In this document: in pieces, positions 52,601 through 57,100 of the stretch
Layout of the letters: each line of letters starts with the position of its first letter
How positions within the stretch are numbered: the first letter of the stretch is position 1
Assembly: GCA_964466515.1 (NCBI GenBank)
Contig: CAYXQS010000001.1
Span: forward strand, 15,192 to 79,191
Direction of reading: 5' to 3'
Length of the DNA stretch: 64,000 nucleotides
DNA from: an uncultured Gemmatimonas sp.
Lineage (GTDB): Bacteria; Gemmatimonadota; Gemmatimonadetes; Gemmatimonadales; Gemmatimonadaceae
Program-made: the position numbers and the translations under genes
The notes under the pieces: model-generated
Seen by the model: the letters and a program-made list of their open reading frames with translations, nothing else
Database searches by the model: none
What the model was told of the DNA's origin: nothing

Positions 52601-53417
52601 GTGCGAGTGCCACGTTCGCGGTCCCTGACTGCTCGTTGCCGCTCCCAATGGCGAGCTTGCTCGCCGGCAGTGCGACCGTGACATACGCGGTGTCCGAGGG
52701 CTGGCCGTTGGGATGCGCGGCCACGATGCGCGCCACGCCGCGGTTGGCCAGCCAGGTGACGCTGCCGACGGCCGCGTTGGGCACGTGCGCGCGCGTGGAA
52801 TCGAGCGTGTAGTAGAAGATCGGCGTGCCGACGATGGCGTCCTGCGCCGCGTTGCGCGCGGCGGCGCTGAAGGTCGACGTCGTGCCGGCGACCACGGTGC
52901 CCGTGTCCGGGGTGATCACCACGGACACGGCGTCCTTCCCGATGCCGTCAAACGTGATGGGGATCGTGACGGGGGTGGAGGCGCCCGGCGAGCCCAGCGG
53001 CGCGGCCACCACGGCGGTCGGCCCGCCACGGAAGACGGTGTCGCCCTGCGCGTTCACGTACGCCATCGTCAACGAGAGCGGGAGCCCGGCTTCCGGCGCG
53101 TCAATCGGGATCGGCACCGTGACCGTCACCGAGATGCTGTCGGCGTCGGCCGGGAAGGCAATCAGTGTGTCGAGGACAATCGTACCGTTTTCGCGGCGCA
53201 GCACCACGCGCACGTTCTCAAACGGTACGGCGTCCGACGCTCCGCTGAGCGAGGCAAAGAGCGATGGGAGCTGCGGGTCGAGTGCGAGGGCCGCGATTCT
53301 CGATCGCCCGTAGGGCACTCCGTTGTCCGGTCCGGTAACCTCGCGTCCACACGACAGCAGGCTGAGCACAAAAAGGCTGGCGAGCGCAGCAAGGCGCTTG
53401 AGGGCCGGTCGGTTCAA
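37677..53417 (-). CDS. Giant (5246 aa) surface lipoprotein: Big_1-like Ig stalk plus six beta-solenoid-like super-repeats (putative adhesin)
   Basis: Lipobox LLSC; GDxQ.G..PL.V.V.D..GNPV.G..V...WTLG repeats; six W.G....W..P.NW...P...D.V motifs; repeated F.GGST.G.LT.G units. Confidence 0.85.
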   Translation of the reverse strand: MNRPALKRLAALASLFVLSLLSCGREVTGPDNGVPYGRSRIAALALDPQLPSLFASLSGASDAVPFENVRVVLRRENGTIVLDTLIAFPADADSISVTVTVPIPIDAPEAGLPLSLTMAYVNAQGDTVFRGGPTAVVAAPLGSPGASTPVTIPITFDGIGKDAVSVVITPDTGTVVAGTTSTFSAAARNAAQDAIVGTPIFYYTLDSTRAHVPNAAVGSVTWLANRGVARIVAAHPNGQPSDTAYVTVALPASKLAIGSGNEQSGTANVALAQPLVVRTLASDDVPVEGVEVTFAVATGGGSLAVLVDTSDVDGNVEIAWTLGADVGPQTITATAAGLAGSPLTLMATATAGVPAQVAILSQPAGAVAGVAMTPSLVVAVQDSAGNTVTSFTGNVSIALPAGSNATLGGTTVRATVAGIATFDDLSIDRADSHTLIASSDALDADTANAVVITPAAAASLAFVQQPPPATAGVAIAPAITVIARDAFGNLATDFTGDVSVALCICVPGATLSGTTTVAAVAGEASFGTLSVNKAAAGYRLEASSAGLVADTSDTFEIVAGAAALLLKEAGDAQVGIAGSTLADSLVVLVVDGQSNPVSGVPVAFAAQNGGSVSPASVVTNADGLARAAWTLGASPGAQVVNVTSGALAGIAFDAEAEAGAATQLAILVPSPVSLTAGVATSDVLISATDSLGNMDPSFSGTVTVSIVSGPPGGSITDGGGSVVAEEGVATFPGLTFERAGTYVLRFTASGLTAVDHEGLVVGNAGAQVVNFAGGDLQTGVVGTVLADSLAVVVTDNFGNPIADHPVTWHALAGGGSVSPAVTTTDEQGRAATAWTLGAALGEQVAEATAGAVGALQFSATATAGAAANIAMGTPSGDGQSGDINTTLPLPLTVKVTDAGGNPVEGTLVTWTVVSGSADVTLGAVTTDSLGISATELVLHDSVSTITVHATVDGLVGSPVVFTATINQFAVRLQVVNEPAASTAGVALSAFAVGAHDSEGAIDPNFTGPVTVSVDSGPALATLLGTTSVTAVGGVATFDAVVAQVAGEYRLRFAAGGLSDTISANFTVVAGAPFAVAVYDGQAQTDTVDAVLPLPLRVKVTDEFGNAAPGAPVAWAITLGSGVLGADTTLSGADGFAAVQLTLGDTPGPVTVQASADGLTGSPVNFGASILPGNATHLAVTAAPDTVDGGVPASTFVVEARDRHDNIVTGFSGDVTVTPTDAPDDDFAAGTTTQPLMAGVATFDDLVFGTLGSWIITFATDGLPTVNADVEVVVGAVSTFEKVSGDAQSGMATQALDSALVVRVLDAGGNAVVGDTVFFTVTSGGGTLGNGFAVDTALVDANGLAGTTWTLGSALGGQTVEAVTSGTPTLEFNATAITMIANRTWTGDVNTSLTEPGNWKNSLVPSSSDSVLVPAGRPNYPALTASMTVSRLTIENGASLALGNQTLAVNGSLAAPTSIAISAGLEGVVIAQGALGGTVRGRFPRLAFQNGTYLATGQLTSGDLSIELGASLDVATHQILVEGYLVTLTGGTLEMNDGANVEVMGNATFSGGSTAGYLTGGTLRVHGDVNVGGDAQAFNAAAAHTLVLAGSGTQSILFANPDTLLTATCAQSCLGTLAVDKQPGDGGVVFSSGAKALGSFQLSNVDSATAVGGRLISVLPSNFTGTPTALAVFASQTAFTRGASFTADTLVNWSPNGALPAGETIPTIVAGEVTLDVDFAPPLIVEGVLSVGNAQYTLGSTLETRGNGRLALGNLEDTLVVTGTATFRGKDADAGLSVGVLELGDGLVIDGAPGAPSFVAHAGLIIRFTSPTAFAQIANPSENPLGSLHVAEGAQLEFANSSAMILGDVVFEGTTGLVNGGDGGAILILGNLTDTIGGRWSHSSTFMGGSGATLNARSVDGNLTVNGSVTLGGAVGDSTVVNGDFVVSGATGMLTMGGGKLIAQSFATESGGRVAMTANTDTVQSLGDVRFAGGASTLTAGYLEVRGNFIQDTDPGAFVAEPAHSTWFRGASPQTISFANPGFAGNGSAFGELYHAKTPGSQLTLLTDVYASGMLETGIATGYQIAGGGQLLTTRGADVNLLHFINVRWDLLDGAPIGKLDTITFGSMDPEVVQWRIARQSGTHLVRRPVFTSAPTSGKYLEVIDANGGGDLEITLEDPNPSQPSGGLSVLNGAIVNGWDQVLLTWGGTVDDNWSNPANWVEAIIPTAADSVYVPAVAPNAPTLPDGITLRALVSDLRFVSLAGSVGITGTLNVHADSGLVCSSNSVFLGTSGDTATIGGQFIGGCTLSMAAGVVRPMADVSWDGSVALQAQGVLDVGAYTFHVVDGPVGNGGLQVFGGGTLRMTDAAGVLRVDGPAQFLSTSTQELTAGTLEIGGHFVQQSPGTFAASGTHHTILQGDGAPTLTIDNPTNAVAFNDLTVLGPRQVTQEGVYVNGNLALDSVAVLLAGSGSPIRVAGNVTVGENAQFSAQFLEVGGTLAVDNVLGISTVTFTGNDQVIPTNLMLPNVIVSGNARLSGGVDSVTVTGGLTVSGELWLGHPDSVTRVHVEGNFQTVDSGTLRMMDDATTLVVMGDAAFDGGSTAGKLTNGRIDLYGNFAQGATGDSTAFSASAPHVTWLRRQGANSAVAFASPGAGSTASHFGDLYLAADLEYQVILHSDAWIEGRLRTGIALAHHLTGADAPRTVVSQGANVDALVFSNVRWVLQPGAPIEQLDGVSFTDMDPNVVQLDIRREDGSVAMNGLQFLTTPESGKYLRVEDVNGSDNFGVVVTNISPSFYATYVELVNGATLSGWNAFPDFTWTGNYDADFANPANWMSGVVPTAADSAYIPASAESVPFITSPTTLRALVSDREGEAILLGDSLIVTQRLLVPSTGSALSCDGGLVVLGGSAPAEVRGNIHCPAFVVGSDTITAVGTTEFGSLDITSGAFQVGASTVLVHNNLTTSESGRLRMGHADGLMTVNGSAAFGGASTDGMIRLGRLRVQGDFTATQPGAFVGSFPHTTELFSEFVEGTQSVSFSNPGNQRFAALVIDGGSKRLTTDAFAIGNVAVRESAELLGEPGVRLELINGTSAFAAEPLSVLDVDVLVVPGATTFDGVLQVDTVVFNGVTQTVPAYRADGNSITYASIRVTSDTRFFPDTGALYTLSGSLIASDTAIIRIGGAGHLTYVEVGGDLVTTGAGRLAMQDTNTTLHVSGNATFSGGSTDGLLTNGRLVLRGDFTQAGGSDEAFLAAAPHTTVFQGDANQAVSFANPGLGAASSHFGDVELGGIEGGTEIQLGSPVYLNGSLRIDSLAAGRTLWSSAGRMVTSYGGRVKGGLTFNNVHWTILNGQPLDTLEGLTFTNIAADTVQLRIVREQGAVHLISPTFSTAGSNAYFRAEDFAGGGSPDLTIEVSNPQPTFHGGRAQAVGGFATIDGWPADIEFRWIGDYDDNWNNPLNWSMDTLPAADDTVYIGAAAQVAPTITSDTVTIGGLYFEIDSLPLRLMGEGAWLVLAGGGTIHAPTTNIGVYCDSTAATEGILLDGAGSYGVRGRFACNVTANAGIAIVGDAMRVDGDLTVRNDFRLGSPSQVDVMGRFDVLDNGRVEMTAPGDRLEVQGRVRFLGTNQSTLTAGELRVHENFEQGNSNDNLRASDDHLTVFLPPDPMYDGVPRINFVAADTSETYLNHVQFDASRELETAVVARGNVSINGEVTVYGDGRLEVYGALGGAQTAALEVSELWLDGAFNFPGSKANMGFIRFIGEDQEIPFMVGSTPVTYPSVVVTGTASMRGLGGTIEGLISVEGGGELRIGGPDTTTTITVSDFFVSGGGTIRMVDAATTVTVLAGIAFDGGGRADGKLTDGVLRGHAGFYATDTSFMASGNHRVELIDPCDPVCVPNRAIVMIGDSARFNDLFLDGSYQSAFGLRARNLELGSSAELTNSDESPLTVTDDLIGGAETYLGFHTLRLGGANLFDGSLDIANLTLDGANQQLRARDVGGSEITYHSVRIEGSAQTLIEHNDSLVVNGGFFVSGTGSMRFGHHPDTVNTIVIAEGLFVEDSGTVTMQDSLTTVRLLTGALFNGGSTAGLLTAGTIETHGNFRQAGDNSTESYAAGPMHRTRVVTHDGVDPLELQFDNPGTGAGASSFGRLELLPHMSGHIAVRSDLTVAGSLIASGPYAVDLRAPESEYYRITSHGASAANVHFRRVAWTLAGNEVTGSIGAMINLMFEAQDATGTQFRIARPSGNLLISGLQFETQPTSGRYLEVEDTNTGDAEALEVTVVEVSPGSHGSYVVTLGGAVLNGWDEFLVHEFSGGVASDPNNWPYSFVPGPNDSVYVTSAGTMIVDVPLRFRSLVAASGAQITLSDSLTVSKSLNLADAGNVTCEAGGALFVRGNGDASVVSVSESCNLRIDSASTARLVGYSEFADVRVAGSASLRINGSGLEVHGVFETAQSGTLRMIDEGDLLSIGDSAVFAGGSTDGLLTTGSMILYGDLVVAGSTPTALVTGPDLTVRLGAPEGGGEDTRTVYFGHDTLSYISSLRHNDGTTTLLSILPVRNQLYMNANEQNAIVGGTGAWLKIGFNDGVTSGELAAEPNAEITVPRIAIYGGFTTGTTFNVDTVDFLGAGSDLDGSQTIPRTNVANGAIEYGLLRTFGPTVVMNQASEDGYSIGAGLHVLGGNLNIGLWTSPVVVRADTAGILVSGPTASLTITGSGAEVYADTARFESGTTSVLTDSARLIVGGAFVQKSAGSFENAFQATVGGTVVMRDSSFIHFDDPSESYFDVLRFQHGAKVTLSSDVTANGVIGRVDPYDGTVSVRSDLLTAGNSRRIYGFGGFDASASASNAITFRNVGLELTAAYPAPFDINRLTFTELDPTVVALKLSLSGYSPLTFNQINFSYAVTSGRYVEIEGALVGFTNSSPLVGCIAEVCGDGDTAPWDDEGPNVWTGGDNSSWDEPDNWLLPNVPDAYTDVIIGTSDNPPVIPSGAREVRNLTIQDGGLLTFAGTDTLIVRGTLLSEGDVAGSGGVLLMRPADSVGFTSTGQFAPKLAIANGYGFASGVVALDGNSSVGGNVEVGGSAQLNLRHFALHIAGNFNTVDGDAFGGRLAMTDNFAVLDVAGNVGFGGGSTDGLLTDGNILVGGSFTQSSFNLRAFHATGDHTVEFVGGGTSVVTFSNPGADSSRFQNVRFDKTSGGIVRFQGSNAYLNYLLAWNNNIEITGTSTLTVLGFILGTGSGSYHANISSAAVMNIPGLGCTEATVTVVGDGTFWPPICKAP

Positions 53418-53495
53418 TCGATTTTCTCAGGGTGGGAAGGCTCACAATACTAGACCTCCCGCTCAGAACCCGCGAGTAGGTGCGCCCCTTCGCTC

Positions 53496-53517
53496 TAATG
53501 TGACGCGCGCTACATTA
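53496..53517. promoter_or_regulatory. CRP/FNR-family-like palindrome upstream of the 5246-aa gene
   Basis: TAATGTGA-CGCGCG-CTACATTA versus the CRP consensus AAATGTGA-N6-TCACATTT. Confidence 0.55.
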
Positions 53518-53570
53518 AAGCACAAAAAACGGCGGCTGTGGTTACCCAAGGCAACGCGTAACTACAACTT

Positions 53571-53583
53571 TATCAATGAGTTA
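53571..53583 (+). promoter_or_regulatory. IHF-consensus site
   Basis: TATCAATGAGTTA matches WATCAANNNNTTR exactly, in an AT-rich intergenic region. Confidence 0.5.
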
Positions 53584-54117
53584 TGGGCGCTTGGCGGCCT
53601 CAAGACGGAGTCGTAGCCCGCCGTGCGCCTGACACCGTGCCGCCACGGTGTCCGACACGATATACGTGCCGTTGGCGCAGAGCAGCGTGGCGTTGGCCGG
53701 CGGCGGCTTCATCGTGTCCGTGGCGGCCCGGCGCTGCGCGTGCGACACGAACCCCTCGGGGATCATCAGGGAGTCTGTCACCGCGGCGCGGGCGTTGGCC
53801 GGGGCCGCGGTGGAGGTCGCTGTTGGGGCTACGGCGCGAAGCGCCGGGGCCGGTGCTTCGCGCCGCGCGGGAAAGCGCACCGCCACGCCGCCCTTGCCAT
53901 CGCACGCGGAGTCCGGCGCATTCGCCGCCGGATACGAGCCGTCCCGGCAACGAAGCGTCGCGCCATTGGGCCCCGTGCCGGGTGCGGTGGCGGGGGTAAT
54001 CGGGGCGGCAACCGGCGTGACTGCCGGCGACTGCTGGGCCGCCACGCGCGGCGCGGCAACGGCACTCATCGCGAGCGTGGCCGCGACGACGAAGGTCAGG
54101 GAGCGGGGCAGGGACAT
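53581..54117 (-). CDS. Small secreted protein with two Cys-pair DUF3761-like motifs
   Basis: Signal peptide; ATLRCRDG...CDGKGGV and ATLLCANG...CQAHGGL separated by a Pro/Ala linker. Confidence 0.7.
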   Translation of the reverse strand: MSLPRSLTFVVAATLAMSAVAAPRVAAQQSPAVTPVAAPITPATAPGTGPNGATLRCRDGSYPAANAPDSACDGKGGVAVRFPARREAPAPALRAVAPTATSTAAPANARAAVTDSLMIPEGFVSHAQRRAATDTMKPPPANATLLCANGTYIVSDTVAARCQAHGGLRLRLEAAKRP

Positions 54118-54127
54118 AGCGATGCCT

Positions 54128-57100
54128 CTATGGGAGAATCGGCCGTGTGCTGAACACGTACCGGAAGGTGCGGAAGCTGGACGACGACGTCACCACCAGG
54201 GTACTGGAGCCCTGCTGGAGGGCCTTCACCCAGAAGGAGACGGTCGTCGCATCGGGTTGGATGACCAGAGATCCGATGGTAGTCGTCCCGTCGGTGACGG
54301 CGAACGTCGTATCGATGGAGAAGCTGAGCGTGAGCACGTCGGTGGCGACGGCGGGGAACCCGGCGGCGTCACGCAGGTCGAGCACCACGAGCGTGGAGTC
54401 GCCGACGACGATGCGCGGGGCCGTGCCGGGCTGCAACTCCAGGACACCGGGCTCGACCACGATCAGGACGGTGTCCGGCGTGAAGCCCGCGGCGCTCAGG
54501 ACCAGGGTGTCGGTTCCGAACGTGTCGCCGCGCAGCGTGAAGGCCGCCTCGCCGTAGGTGTCGTACTCGTACCGGACGACCTGCACGCTGTCCTCGATCA
54601 CCCCAAAGCGGCCGCCGACGCTCGTGAAGGTCACCCACACGCTGTCCTTGAGGCCGTACGCGGCCAGCGAGGTTGCGCTCGCGAGCCCCCGCCCGATCAC
54701 CTTCCGGTCGGCCGTGGCGTAGAGTGTGGGGCGGTGCACCGAGAGCTCGCTCGCCTGACTGAGCATCTTGCGGGAATCGCTCGTGGCCAGCGTGTCCTCG
54801 ACGTAGACGAGCGTCCGGCCCACGCTCACGCCCGTCGGGCCCTGCGTATCCAGCCAATAGGCCTCGGCGGGATACGTAAAGGTCGCGGCGCCCGCATCGG
54901 CAATGTCCGGCCGGTCGGTGCGGAAGCGCATCGTGATTGGCGTCGCCCGCGGACGCGTCGTGCGCGAGACGGCGTCCACCACGTAGACCTCGGCGCTGGC
55001 TTCCGCGCCGACAAACGGATCGGTTGCGAAGGTGAGGATCTCGCTACGGGTCACGACCACGTCAAGCTCGTACTCGTTCCACCCCGGCGCCGAGGCGCTG
55101 ATGCGCGCCGAGCCGACGGTATCGCGGGCTGTGATCGTGACGTTCGCGATGCCAAGGAACGCCGGGACGATCACGGAATCCGGTACCGCGATGACCGACG
55201 TGTCGGAAGACGTCAGGTAGATGACCTTCGACGTGGGCAGCGGGACGCCGGTGCTCACGTAGAACTCATAGGGGAATGTCTGCTGGCCCATCCCGATGGT
55301 CATTGCGCCGCCAACGAACTCGTCGGGCCCAAGGACGGTGCGCGGCTCAATGAGGATTTGCAGCGAGGCGTCGGGGAAGACGCCCTCCGGGTCGGACAGC
55401 ACGAGGTTGGCGATGCCCACGGCGTGGTATTGCACGGCCCCGAACTGCCACGGCCATCCTTGGTGGGCCTGGAATACGATGGTGTCCTGCAATACGGTTG
55501 CCTTGTCGGGCGTCAGGCTGGTGAGGACGAACTTCTTCTCGGCCGGAGGCGCAAACGTGAAGTACGTGCTGCTGTGCGAGAGCAGGGCACCGACCTCGTT
55601 GTCCACCCAGTCGACTGCCACCTGCTCGGATGTGACATCGAGGTAGAGTTGCGGCGGCACGACGTTGATGACGACCGTGTCGGGCTTATGCCCCGACGCG
55701 GTGAAGATCAGGGTGTCCGTGCCGAGGGTCACGCCGGACACGAAGATCGCGTGTACCGCGACACCAGTCGGCACTATCAGGTCCTCGGCCACGACGTCCA
55801 CGCTGCCGGGGCCGAGTTGCGTGATGGCAACGGCCAGCGGCGCGCCCGTGGGGCTGGTGCGTGCCACGGACACGGGGCTCGTGAGGCCGCGCCCCACGTT
55901 GGAGTACGGGGTGCCGACCAACAGCTCGGGCGGGTCCACCACCACCGTGTTCGGCGCGCTCGTCGCGTAGCCCGGCGCGTGCAGGGTGAGTTCGGCCGTT
56001 CCGGGAGCGACGGCGCGCCACGTTCCCGCCGGCGAGTACGACTCGCCGGGCTTGATCACGATGATCGAGTCCACGACCTCGGCCACGGACGGATCCGAGG
56101 AATGGAGTATCGCCACCAGGGTGTCTACCACGGCCCGGGTGGCGCCACCGGCAACGGTGAATGCGTTCACGGCGCGGACCACGCTATCCGCGTACCAGGT
56201 GCCATTGCCGCCGGCCAGCAGGAGGTCGGACGTCGTGACGTCGAAGTCGAAGCTGAGCGGTGCAATGCCCGGCGTCGTGGCGGTGATCTGCACGGTGCCG
56301 GGGTTGACGCCCTCGATCTGGACCTCTGCCCAATAGTTGGCTGCGGTCGCCACGATGGCTGGCGTCAGCACCCTGGCGATGCCGGGGTTCGAGGACGACA
56401 CCGTGACGACGCGCGATTCGGTCTCACGCACGGCAGGCGGTACGGTGATGATCACGGTGGCGAACTGCCCGATGCCGACCGGAGACCCGTTGAGGAGACC
56501 GAGGTTCGTCGGGACGGTGGAGAGCAGCACGGAGTCCGGCGCGTGTCCGGGCGCCTCGATCAGGATCATCGCCTCGCCGGGGCCAATCGCGCGCACGCCG
56601 ATGGTGCGGTCTTCCTCGTGGGCCCGGAGAATGGACGACGTGGTGTTGAGCGCGATTGCGGAATCACCGGACACGATGCTGATCGTGACGGGAAGATCCG
56701 CTTGCCGCCTGAAGCCCGTGTAGCCGTCGACCGTGCCGGCATAGAAGCGGAGGGAGCCCGACGCGCCTTCGTCGAGATAACCCCCCTCTGCCGAATAGAT
56801 GCGGATCGCCGGGGCGGCGACCGTAATCAGTACGGTATCGGTGGGGAAGCCCGGGGATTCCGCGATGAGGTGCGCCTCGCCCGCCTGGTGCGCGAAGAGA
56901 CGGAAGGAGGGCGAGTGGTATTCGTTGCGCAGGATGCGGACCGCCGAATCCACGGTGAACACGGCCGGGTTGTCGCTCGTCATCGTGACGATGACGTCGC
57001 TCGTCTGTCCCCGGGTCCCCCGCTGGACGTACGCCTCGACGATCTGCCCTTCACCGACCAGCTCCGTCAGCCAGGTGGAGCTGCCGATGATATCGAAATC

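Noticed and set aside
37677-53417. Giant protein as a classical autotransporter, CdiA or RTX toxin
   Set aside because: No C-terminal beta-barrel, TPS domain, VENN/toxin tip with immunity gene, or GGxGxD nonapeptide runs seen.
53558-53586. dif-like Xer recombination site
   Set aside because: The TAACT..AGTTA arms do not match the XerC/XerD 11-6-11 consensus; the IHF consensus fits better.
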